A stretch of 63,923 nucleotides of DNA, counting the filler, from Octopus bimaculoides (taxonomy: Eukaryota): the NCBI RefSeq assembly GCF_001194135.2. It is 7 parts of 7 records of this genome, joined end to end, with 100 filler letters (N's around TTAATTAATTAA, not from the genome) between each part and the next. Parts side by side here need not be neighbours in the genome. Positions count along the whole stretch, not along the records: positions 52,361 to 57,170 come from NC_069007.1; positions 57,271 to 61,840 come from NC_069005.1; positions 61,941 to 63,923 come from NW_026434579.1; 4 more parts are not named here. One strand, written 5' to 3'. Below, in pieces: positions 52,261 through 63,923 of the stretch (its first letter is position 1; the number at the start of each line of letters is the position of its first letter). The notes below the pieces were generated by a model, which was not told the DNA's origin, did no database searches, and worked only from the letters and a program-made list of their open reading frames with translations. A program made the position numbers and the translations under genes.

Positions 52261-53689
52261 NNNNNNNNNNNNNNNNNNNNNNNNNNNNNNNNNNNNNNNN
52301 NNNNTTAATTAATTAANNNNNNNNNNNNNNNNNNNNNNNNNNNNNNNNNNNNNNNNNNNNATATATATATATATATATATACATACCTAAATCTAAAGAT
52401 GAATTATTTCGATTATTGCGTGAAAAGTGACAATCACAAAGCTCATCACTTCAATGCCAAAAAGGAGTTTCTGAATTAAAAACTGCAAAGGGAATGTCAA
52501 CTAACTATTAAAGTATGTAGTCCTACCTATCGATTACATTTCAATTGTTCGCTTTGCGTATTAAATAAAAGATTTTGAAAATCAAAGGTGTCTATTTACT
52601 TCCTGTGTGTCTGTGTATATAATTATTTTGAGGGGAACGTTGGATCTTGAGCTACGAATAACAACGTATAAAATATAGGGTTAACACAATGTTATTGTTT
52701 CACTTTTGACACGTAATACTGAAATAGTGGACGAGATATGATATTGCTCTGGGCTCGCACTAGGCAAGAAGTTAAAAAATTTTTTGGCCTATGACACTAC
52801 ATGGACCCTAATTAAGGCATCTGTAAAATTTGAATGAAATTAGTTGTGTTGTTCTCAAGTTTTAGGGATTCACACAGACACACAGACACACATTCTCATC
52901 TTTATATATATGAGAGAGAGTTCGGCAAGAAATTGTCCATAAATCAGTGCATCCAACAAAAAGTACATCTTGGTATCTATTCCGCCCGAGTTGCGCAAGC
53001 GCATTTTTGCCTGTCGATCTCGATGTTACATTACAAATACAAGAATCTAACGATTGGTTTGTTGTAAACGCATAAATAACGACACAACGTTATAATCGAC
53101 TGAAATGCAATTCTATTAATTAAACACACACACACACATACTCACAATACACACAACAACAACAACAACAACAACAACAAAGCAAATTAAAAATATATAA
53201 GCAAGAAAATCGATAGATTCAAATCTAACCTCCTGTTTGCCACTTACTACGTGAACAACAAACATGAAAAAAAAAAAGAAAAAAAAAAGAAAAAGAAAAA
53301 TCACTCATAGCATTGTACCGATATTAGAAATCGATATTTTCTCTGGTCCATTCATTCATATATGACCAACAAACATGTCACTTGGCGGATGGAGAATCAA
53401 GTTCTTCTGATTCATTATGATAGTCAGCGTATCACAGAAGAGCAGACCGCCTGAATATCGATTGTCCAGCCATAATACTCACTACGCTACATTAAATATG
53501 CCAACACTAACTTAACTATTGTTTGTTTGTATCTTTTTTTTTCATATGGATGGCGTCTGTGAGTAAATTACTATAATAACTACCGTGTAATTATTATGAA
53601 TTATATTTTTAATTGCTAATATATGTCAACTTTTTTTTCTTTAAAACATCTACTTAATGATTCATGCTTCACTGCTTTCATAAGTACAT

Positions 53690-54635
53690 GAAAAAGGGGA
53701 ATCTATGCCTCGTTCAGGAGATCTAATGAACAACGAAACGTGTCCGGAATATTCGTTTTCTGCCGTCCTCTCCGAAATAACTGAGATGAAGAGAAGAGGG
53801 TTAGCAAAGAAAAAAAAAAACAAAGAAACAAGAAGCCAAACTTGATATCTTCTGTTCGGTTTTCATGCCTATCGTCAACTACGGTCATAAACGACTGAAA
53901 GAATCCACGATGGTGGATAGAAGCAGCTGAAACGGGGTTCTTCCAAATGATCTCCAAAGAAACTGACTTGAGAGGGCGCATAACTCGAATATGTAAGAGT
54001 TTCTCCAGGCCCAGCCGCTACTTTATCCCCACTGGAAAGTCACGGCACGTGGCTTAGTCGTTAGGGGTATTTGGCTCACAATCATAAGGTCATGAGTTCG
54101 ATTCCTGGCAGCGTGTTGTATCCTTGAGCAAGACACTTTATTTCACATTGCTCCAGACCACTCAGCTGGTAAAAATGAGTTGTACCAGTAATTCAAAAGG
54201 GCCAGCCTTGTCACACTTTGTGTCATGCTGATTCTCCCTGAGAACTACGTTAAGGGTATACGTGTCTGTGGAGTACTCATCCACTTGCATGTTAATTTTA
54301 CAAGCAGGCTGCTCCGTTGTTCGGATCAACTGGAACACGCGTCGTCGTAACATCGGGGTGCTCCGGTACGACGGACATGTGATGAGAATGTCGCAGGAAA
54401 GAATTGTAAGACGGATTCTTCAAGCCAAGCCAAGCGGCAGGAGACCAAGGGGGTTGACCAAAAACGAAATGGTTGGACAATATCCATGGTCTCGGTTGGT
54501 CACGTTTGGGAATCCAGCTGGAAAGTATTATGACAGTTGCTTCTGAGAGGAACTTACGGAGCAGATGCTTCAGGACACTTACCACACGACCCTCTCATGA
54601 CCAGTGGGCGCAGAAGATGGACTGATGGTTGGATA
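53690..54635 (+). mobile_element. RTE LINE 3' end split by a SINE insertion
   Basis: AKLDIFCSVFMPIVNYGH..FLQAQPLL before 54044, and LRYDGHVMRMSQERIVRRILQAKPSGRRPRG from 54361. Confidence 0.75.
54044..54360 (+). mobile_element. tRNA-derived SINE with CORE-like centre and family D 3' body
   Basis: A-box TGGCTTAGTCG, B-box GAGTTCGATTCC, TCCTTGAGCAAGACACTT; 3' body matches 36855-37029. Confidence 0.8.
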
Positions 54636-55697
54636 TTAGTCATCAAGTTACTCCTGTTGTCTTTTCCTAATCGCATAATTATTTCTAATTAGAATTTCGC
54701 TTAATGATCACCAATTTAAAGAATGTTATCACTAACTTAACTCCGGAAATATATAACCGACTGCAATTATTTAATAGGTTTGGTTTGTTTTCTGGTTTCT
54801 GTTTGTATCTGCACATCCATGTGGTTAGGAAGTTCGCTTTTTTGCAGGTACGGGACGTGTTCCCGCGTTTGATCCCACTGTGTAAAAAAGAAAAGAACAA
54901 AAATCCTTAGACTTGCGTTTTCTACTGACTGTGCTGGAATCGGTAATTCCGCAACTGGTAAGTGTTATAGTGTGATGGGTAACAATTTTGATCTGATAGA
55001 TAGGGGTAGACATCTATGTGATGAAAATAATGATTTCAGTACAGTTCATGGAATTGTATTAATGCCTAATGACTTTAAATTAGATAATAGACAGCTCCGT
55101 AGCTGGTAGAAGTATGAAAGTTCAGTTTTCTTCAAATAGTGAAAATGATTTCTCTGTCTGAAAATAAAAGCGTAGTATGCAGAAACTTTAATCTAAAGCG
55201 CAGGCGCAATTGGCATAATTTAAGTACACACACTACACACACACACGCACACATACACGCACACATACTCACACAGACATACACACACATGCGCACACAG
55301 ACACATGTATGTATACATTTAAGCTTGAATACATACACACGCACACAAACACTCACACACGCACACTTATATATACATGCATACATATTTACTTGCATAT
55401 TTCGTGTGCATGTGTGTGTGTGCGTGTGTGTATGTGAATGTGTGTACGTGTGTGCGTGTGTGTGTGTGTGTTGTTTATGTGAAAAGTTTGCATTCCTTTT
55501 CGAAATGCTTCACACAGTTTCGAGTAACACGCACAAACACACATTGCTCATTCACACACACATAACAAGCAGACACACACACACACACACCACATCAAAC
55601 ATACACACAACCTTAAACAAAAAACTAAATTGCCAAAACAAAAACAAATCTCTAAAACAACACAATAATAACAAAAAGAGCACCACAGGGAAAACAG

Positions 55698-55737
<40 letters not shown>

Positions 55738-56689
55738 ACAATTATACCACAAACACAGACCTCGCGCACACACAAACACACTCACACACACACAGCGCGC
55801 ACACAAACACACACATACACACACAAACAGACTCACAGATAGGCGCGCACACACACACACACANNNNNNNNNNNNNNNNNNNNNNNNNNNNNNNNNNNNN
55901 NNNNNNNNNNNNNNNNNNNNNNNNNNNNNNNNNNNNNNNNNNNNNNNNNNNNNNNNNNNNNNNNNNNNNNNNNNNNNNNNNNNNNNNNNNNNNNNNNNNN
56001 NNNNNNNNNNNNNNNNNNNNNNNNNNNNNNNNNNNNNNNNNNNNNNNNNNNNNNNNNNNNNNNNNNNNNNNNNNNNNNNNNNNNNNNNNNNNNNNNNNNN
56101 NNNNNNNNNNNNNNNNNNNNNNNNNNNNNNNNNNNNNNNNNNNNNNNNNNNNNNNNNNNNNNNNNNNNNNNNNNNNNNNNNNCCAACTTTACTCTTTTAC
56201 AGAAGGCAACGAGGGAATCCACGTATGGTGTAACTGCCTGCTAGAAATAGCAGCAAAATATCTCGAATTTTCGTGTGCAAAAAACGACCCGCACCCCGAA
56301 AAAGTTAACGCAAGGGAGGGGTACATGTAATAATTTAATCTTTGATAGGCAAATACTTCCTCACCCTGGAGAGAATTATGGAGCTAAGAGTTGCGGTCGG
56401 GGTGGTCATAGCTGGAGCGACTTTGAAACTAGGCCTGTTGCGCTCGGCAGAGCTGAGACCTAGGGTTAAACAACTAAATCTGTTTCTCTCTTTCTGTCTG
56501 TCTGTCTGTCTGCCTGTCTGTCTGTCTGTCTGTCTGTATGTCTGTATGTATGTATATATGTATGTAAGTATGTATGTGTGTATGTATGTATGTATGTGTG
56601 CGTCCGTGTGTGTGTGTGTGTTTGGGATACAGAATCTATGTGTGTGTAAGATTGTCTGTGTGTGTGTTTACGAGTTTGTGGATGTCTAT

Positions 56690-56900
56690 TATTCTTTTAC
56701 TTGTTCGTCATTTGACTGTGGCCATGCTGGAGCACCACCTTTAGTCGAAACAAGTCGACCCCCCTCCAGGACTTATTCTTTGTAAGCTTGGTACTTATTC
56801 TATCGGTCACTTTGCCCGAACCGCTAGATTACGGGGACGTCAACACACCAACATCGGTTGTCAAGCAATGGTAGTGAGGGACAAACACACACAAACACAT
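56690..56900 (+). mobile_element. Repeat family B
   Basis: CATTTGACTGTGGCCATGCTGGAGCACC..GGACTTATTCTTTGTAAGC; other copies at 29519-29608, 58155-58340 and 62545-62770 (+), and 60190-60385 and 63135-63280 (-). Confidence 0.85.
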
Positions 56901-57561
56901 ACACACACACACATGCATGCATACATACATACATACATACATATGTATATATGTAATACAAATAATAAATGAGTATATGCATATATACGTACATGTTTGT
57001 ACATACCTACATCTACATGTATATATAGATGCATATTTGGGTACAGGACGTCACAAGAAAACGTGGACAAAATAATAAACAGAGTACAGAAAACACACAG
57101 GCCACATAGAGAACATTTCCTTCGTCAGCTGCCACCATTCTAAAACTAAGCGTTTCGAAATATATATATANNNNNNNNNNNNNNNNNNNNNNNNNNNNNN
57201 NNNNNNNNNNNNNNTTAATTAATTAANNNNNNNNNNNNNNNNNNNNNNNNNNNNNNNNNNNNNNNNNNNNATGTATGTCTGTATGTATGTATGTATGTAT
57301 GTACGTGTGTATGCATGTATGTATGTATGTGTATGTATGTATGTGTATGTATGTATGTATATGTCTGTGTTTAGTCTCTCCCACTCTCTCTCTCTCTATG
57401 TATACACACGCACATACAGTCAAGCGCACATACATATACACATACACACACACACACTTATATATATACATTTATATCTGTCTTCACCTGTCTTCGTCTT
57501 TTGTTTTTCTATTAATTTCAACTATATGTATATATGTATTATATATGTGTGTGTGTGTATT

Positions 57562-57592
<31 letters not shown>

Positions 57593-57785
57593 GTGTGTGT
57601 CTGTGTGTGTGTGTGCGTATACATACATATGTGTATGTGTGTATATGAGTATGCATGCTTGCGTGTATGTGTGTGTATGTGTGTGTGTGTGCATGTCATT
57701 GAAGTATTGGATAGGTTGCTCTGGTTCTATGCATTCCGAGTCATGTATACTCTCAATATGAATGTCTCACTCTCTCCCTCGCTCC

Positions 57786-57874
<89 letters not shown>

Positions 57875-58508
57875 TCTCACTTTCTAGGTGTGTGTATGCA
57901 TGATATTTCTGATTGTTAATCTACTCTTGTATTTGACAATACATCAATCTGCCAATCTGGGTACACACACACACATGCACAAACACAATGTACTCTTCAG
58001 TTTCCGTCTTACCAAACTTACTCACATGGCTGGCCTGGGACTATAGTAGAAGACACTTGCCCAAGGTACCATGTAGTGAGACTGAATGTGGAACCATGAA
58101 GATGGAAAGCAAACTTCTTGCTACAAAGCCACACCTGAATAAATATATATGCTCTTTTACTCTTTTACTTGTTTCAGTCTTTTGACTGTGACCATGCTGG
58201 AGCACCACCTTTAGTCGAGAAAATCGACCCCAGGACTTATTCTTTGTAAGCCTAGTACTTATTCTATCGGGGACGTAAACACACCAGCATCGGTTGTCAA
58301 GCGATGGTGGGGAGACAAACACAGACACACAAACACACATACATATATATATACATACATATTTATGACAGGCTTCTTTCAGTTTCCGTCTACCAAATCC
58401 ACTCACAAGTCTTTGGTCAGCCCGAGGCAATAGTAGNNNNNNNNNNNNNNNNNNNNNNNNNNNNNNNNNNNNNNNNNNNNNNNNNNNNNNNNNNNNNNNN
58501 NNNNNNNN

Positions 58509-58582
<74 letters not shown>

Positions 58583-59046
58583 TTTCCTTACCACTGAGTT
58601 CCATTCCAGCTGTAAGTCAATCTGGTCGTATGTTAGATTTATATTTTTCAATGCTATTTTCCTTAAAGTGTAACTGATGCTTGAAAGTGACTGAGTGAGA
58701 GACAGTGGCTGGCATCGGATGCCTGGGTCTAAGGGACACTTCCATTGCCAAATGCTCCCTCACACGCATATCATATACATAACTGCCCAACATCCAAAAA
58801 TCATTAAAAAAATTTTTTTTATCATTATTTATTTTATTGTGGTCCTGAGTGCAGCTGGTTGTAAGTCGCATAGGTCATAAGTGAGGAGAAGGTGTGTATA
58901 CACACACACACACGCACAAATGCACACAAGCATGCATCCACACAATTTCTGTCCACCCTACAACTTAACATGTGACTGTCGAAATCCCATCAACTGGTCA
59001 GCTATCATCTTGGAGGATCCCACCTCTCAAAGGCCATGGTCTATAA

Positions 59047-59342
59047 CAGGGGTTTTCAAACTTTTTGACTTGCGGACCCCTTTATATTTCAGGCTTTACT
59101 TTAGGGACCCCCTTATAAACGCTTATGAAATTTATACATAAATATTTGCTTAAAATAACATATTTTTACATTTATTTATTTAACATTATTTAACAAATAG
59201 GTTTATTGTCAATTAAAAGATTTCGATTAAAAACCATATATAAAATCAAATTGCCCATAAAAAGTATTTGCTGTCCACAGACCCCCCTGTCTTGTCCTTG
59301 TGGACCCCCTATGGTCTGGGGACCACAGTTTGAAAACCCCTG
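59047..59342. mobile_element. hAT (Charlie-type) MITE
   Basis: Perfect 16-bp TIR CAGGGGTTTTCAAACT; 8-bp TSD GTCTATAA/GTCTATAG (7/8). Confidence 0.92.
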
Positions 59343-59580
59343 GTCTATAGATCAACCCTTATAACATCTGAGGGTATCATTCAACTACTTCACCAAAAAG
59401 CAACCAATGATGCAAAGAGAACATTTATGCAAATTTCTGCAACACATGCACTACTGCAGACAAGGACATAGAAACCACACTGCCCTGTTTTTTTTTTTTC
59501 ATTTGGAGACTCTGGGACCAAGGGAACAACTTCCTCAACTTCACAAGAAGCATCTGTCATGAGCTACTTTCCTTACTCAC

Positions 59581-59646
59581 ATGGAGTTTCTAACAGTCAA
59601 CAATGCTTCCCTGAGGAACTGCATATTCTGCAACAGCATGCTGTAG
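59581..59646 (-). CDS. Candidate 66-nt internal exon of an unidentified host gene
   Basis: Acceptor ttttcctgttcatag, donor AT|gtgagt; the only open frame (phase 2-2) gives YSMLLQNMQFLREALLTVRNS. No homology recognised. Confidence 0.3.
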
Positions 59647-60414
59647 CTATGAACAGGAAAACTGATCTATTCTATTGTCATGATCTAAGATAACCCCTGT
59701 TAATGAACTTCAAACTATTGGCAATTGATATCGCAGACTATCACTCTAGTCATAGTTGGCCCATGTGCAATTGCAGTGTATATTTTCCAATTATTTCGTC
59801 TTCCACACACTATCAGAGTGGCCTATGACTATTTATGTGGAGCTGAGTCTACCTGGTATTAATTACAATCCTAACAGAATGCACTGAGTACTACTTTCCT
59901 TTTCTTGTTTAATATATATACATACATACATACATATATGCCTCGTGCCGGTGGCATGTAAAAGCACCCACTACACTCACGGAGTGGTTGGCGTTAGGAA
60001 GGGCATCCAGCTGTAGAAACTCTGCCAGATCAGACTGGAGCCTGGTGCATCCATCCGGTTCACCAGTCCTCACTCAAATCGTCCAACCCATGCTAGCATG
60101 GAAAGCGGACGTTAAACGATGATGATGATGATGATGATGATGATGATATATATATATCTATATGTATGTATGTATGTGTGTATGTGTCTGTTTGTCCCAC
60201 CACCATCGCTTGACAACTGATGTCAATGTGTTTGGGTCACCATAACTTAGCTGTCTGGCAAAAGAAATCCGATGGGATAAGTACTAGGCTTACAAAGAAT
60301 AAGTCCTGGGGTCAATTTGTTCATCTAAAAGTGGTGCTCCAGCATGGCCACAGCCAAATGACTGAAACAAGTAAAAGAATAAAAGACTACATAGATATCT
60401 CTTATATCTGTCTG

Positions 60415-60451
<37 letters not shown>

Positions 60452-61184
60452 TTATCTATCTATCTATCTGTCTATCTATCTGTCTATCTATTCATTTATT
60501 TCTATATTTATAATACATGCATACGCACACACACACACAGAAATATATATTTACACATACATGCATACACACAAACACATACACACAACATACATACATA
60601 AAATATGCATAATTGTATCTTCATGCCTTTGTGGCTGCATGTCTCTGTGCATATATATATATGCATGCATGATCTGAGAGTATCGATGCACACATATATT
60701 AGTCATAGGCATATATAATATGAAAATTTAAGGCTTAATGGTGACTCCATAGTAACACCTTTCAAGTGTCCTAGCTTGAAAACACAGTCAAACAGTAATG
60801 CAGACATCCAGACACACAGAGACATTCATATACACACACACACATTTCTCTATCTATTTGTATAATTTCATCTCTGATGGGACGAAGCCATTTTTATAAC
60901 AATAACCAGTTGATAGTATAATCCATGATTAGAATAAATGGCTTCCGCTATATGGATGTGTGTGTTTGTACATCTGAGTGTGTTTCTGTGTGTGCAGATG
61001 TCCTTTTATTATTTTATTGATCTCTATGTAGGATTCTGGCCATGCCCGGGCAATGCATTGAAAGGTTTAGTAGATCATATCAACCCATTACATATTTCAG
61101 TGTAGTACATATCTTTGTTATATATATATATATACACACACACACATACATACACATACACATATACATACACATACATATATA

Positions 61185-61220
<36 letters not shown>

Positions 61221-61238
61221 TGTATATATATAAATATA

Positions 61239-61472
61239 TACAGGGTTGCCGAAAAGTCACCCAACAGTAAATGAAAATGCCATAAATAATATTTTTTATT
61301 CTGTATTGACTCGAAAGGAAAAAAAATGTTTCGCTCAAGGACTTCAATTTGAATGATTTTCATGTTTCATATTTAGATGCTTTTATTGAATTCATTCAGT
61401 TGTTAAACATAAATGAAGCTTGTAATTAAATGGTTTTGATTCACTGTCAGGTGATGTTTGGCCAACCCTATA
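61239..61472. mobile_element. Tc1/mariner-type MITE
   Basis: 39-bp imperfect TIRs (30/39) TACAGGGTTG.. and ..CAACCCTATA in a TA context; AT-rich interior. Confidence 0.75.
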
Positions 61473-61760
61473 TCTATATCTATATCTATATCTATATCTA
61501 TGGTGGTTGTCTACTCCTTAAACATAGTTTGACCACCTCCTGCACCTACACCTTAGCCCTTTCATGGCGTCTGATGTGGCTTTTTAAACCAGACAGTGTT
61601 TTGAAAAAACACCCACACACATTGCACCTCTGATTTGCACTACCAATACCTGCAAGTAAGTTCTGCTCATTGTGGATCCTAAAATGTCTTTTAAGACCCC
61701 CATTGGATTTGCAAACCCTCTGGCACACACCACATTCAAACGTGTGCACAGACATATAAT
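61473..61760 (-). mobile_element. 5'-truncated LINE (probably RTE) 3' end encoding two C2H2 zinc fingers, with (ATAGAT)n tail
   Basis: FECGVCQRVCKSNGGLKRHFRIH and QRCNVCGCFFKTLSGLKSHIRRH, then a stop, a 45-nt UTR and a hexamer tail; no TGEKP linker. Confidence 0.65.
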
Positions 61761-61940
61761 CAGAATAGCTGGATGAGGTTTGAAAAATTAAAAAAAATTT
61801 AAATTTTCATATTATATATGCCTATGACTAATATATGTGTNNNNNNNNNNNNNNNNNNNNNNNNNNNNNNNNNNNNNNNNNNNNTTAATTAATTAANNNN
61901 NNNNNNNNNNNNNNNNNNNNNNNNNNNNNNNNNNNNNNNN

Positions 61941-61977
<37 letters not shown>

Positions 61978-62809
61978 CACTCACACACCACACACATACA
62001 TATGCCCATTTATATAAATATATATGTATTCATGTATGTATGTTTGTATATATGTGTGTATGTACATGTGTGTATCTGTGCCATCTGATATTCTGATATT
62101 CCATCACACCAATTTGTTTTGTCACTGACTGTCACTGTTTGCCAGCACCCCTCCCGCTCCTACATTTAATTTAATGCCTGGACCCTCCTATCAGAATCTG
62201 TTCCTTCTATCCACAACCTGCAGATGCTGCAAGATACACCCAACTGTGTTCTGTATTTCATTCCATTGGAAAATAAACCTCTTCAGTTAATTTATTGCCT
62301 CCAGAATGATATGAGACAAAGCTTTAATCTGGGAGGGTTTGACTTCAGAAACAGGGGGTAGCAAACTAAATGATGTAAAGTAGTGTTTTTTCAGCCTCAC
62401 ATTTTTCCTTTAATACATGGTGGCAGACCCAAGTCGTATATCTTAATTTGGTGAAACCCTGGATAATTTTTTTCTAGGAAGTTCTGGGTTATTTGTCTCT
62501 TTATGAACTTATTTATTTATTTATTCATCCATTTTGCTTTTACTTGACTTTACTCTCACTGGACTGTGGCCATGCTGGGGCCACATCTTGAAAAGGGGTC
62601 TTTTTTTTTTTTAGTTGAACAAATTGACCCTAGTACTTATTTTACTTTAAAGTGTGGTAATTATTTTATTGGTCTCTTTTTACAGACCGCTAAGTTATGG
62701 GAACATAAGCAAACTAATATTGGTTATCAAGTGATAGTGGGGGAACAAACACAAAGACACTTACATATACACACACACAGACACACACACAGACACACAC
62801 ACACACACA

Positions 62810-62847
<38 letters not shown>

Positions 62848-63349
62848 CGTATGTATTTATACATATATATATATGTGTGTGTGTTTGTGTGCGTATTTTN
62901 NNNNNNNNNNNNNNNNNNNNNNNNNNNNNNNNNNNNNNNNNNNNNNNNNNNNNNNNNNNNNNNNNNNNNNNNNNNNNNNNNNNNNNNNNNNNNNNNNNNN
63001 NNNNNNNNNNNNNNNNNNNNNNNNNNNNNNNNNNNNNNNNNNNNNNNNNNNNNNNNNNNNNNNNNNNNNNNNNNNNNNNNNNNNNNNNNNNNNNNNNNNN
63101 NNNNNNNNNNNNNNNNNNNNNNNNNNNNNNNNNNNNNNNNNNNNNATATATGTACCAATAGAATATGTACTAGGCTTAAGCAAAACAAATATTGGAGTCA
63201 ATTCTCACAACTGAAATTCTTTAAGGTGATGCTCCAGCATGGCTACAGTCATATGATTGAAACAAGTAAAAGATTAAAAGATGTGTAGTCTATATATCTT
63301 TTTTCTTATTATTTGTTTTATATTCCAGCATCTAATCCCACCAAATATT

Positions 63350-63545
63350 CTTTTCTACTCTAGGCACCAGGCCCGAAATTTTTGGGTAGGTGGACAGTCG
63401 ATTAGATTGACTCCATTACACAACTGGTACTTAATTTATCAACCCCGAAAGGATGAAAGGCAAAGTCAACCTCTTAAACTCAGAACATAAAGACAGACAA
63501 AATACCGTTAAGCATTTCGCCCTTTGTGCTAACGTTTCTGCCAGC
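63350..63545 (-). mobile_element. SINE family A
   Basis: The reverse complement starts GGCAGCAAGCTGGCAGAAACGTTAGCAC; plus-strand CCCGAAAGGATGAAAGGCAAAGTC. Confidence 0.8.
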
Positions 63546-63923
63546 TTGCTGCCTAATCCCACCAAATATTATAAAGGAATAATTATCTCCCTTGTAAGGA
63601 ACTCTAAGTGTCTAGAAATAATCTTTTATAAAAAAAAAAGATGGCAAACAACATCAGCAAAATAAAGCCAAAGAAAACTGAAACCTCTATAAAATACACT
63701 TGCACACACAATCTACAAGTACAGACAACATATCACACACACACACACACACACGCGCGCATACAAACACACAGGACATGCATGGTGATAACAATCAAAA
63801 GAATAATCAAACAAGCTACATGGTTGGAAATCAAACATGTGAAACATGTGTCTCCTCACTCTTCTCTTTTTTTTAATACATACATTTATGTATGAATGTA
63901 TGTGTGTGTGTGTATATATATAT

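Noticed and set aside
5773-63288. Long ORFs in the track such as 29290-30318, 55139-56233, 31644-32480 and 62566-63288
   Set aside because: They are made of N runs and dinucleotide repeats, which lack stop codons.

Overview
Repeat-dense, AT-rich eukaryotic draft-assembly sequence, most likely intronic or intergenic DNA from an Octopus (coleoid cephalopod) genome. The organism is an inference from the SINE families and the very high (TA)n/(CA)n/(TAA)n/(TCTA)n density. No intact host gene is recognisable, and most ORFs in the supplied track are translations of microsatellites or N gaps. Decayed mobile elements present: Tc1, mariner (DD34D) and maT-like DNA transposons; a hAT MITE and a Tc1/mariner MITE; RTE, CR1, Tx1/L1 and R4/Dong LINE relics; Penelope-like pieces; two Gypsy relics; an inverted pair of solo-LTR-like repeats; and several SINE families. 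Best leads: (1) a complete minimal Penelope-type hammerhead ribozyme fold at 21057-21093 (minus strand) with an A6U core change; (2) a train of distinct R4/Dong 3' ends chained through (TAA)n arrays at 33.9-35.6 kb; (3) several long inverted repeats (6.4-7.3 kb, 30.3-30.5 kb, 58.2-60.4 kb) that would form dsRNA if transcribed; (4) an RTE reverse transcriptase followed by a PHD-like finger; (5) candidate minus-strand host exons near 58.6-59.6 kb. The six TTAATTAATTAA islands inside N runs are assembly spacers. All alignments and translations were done by eye; no database searches were run.
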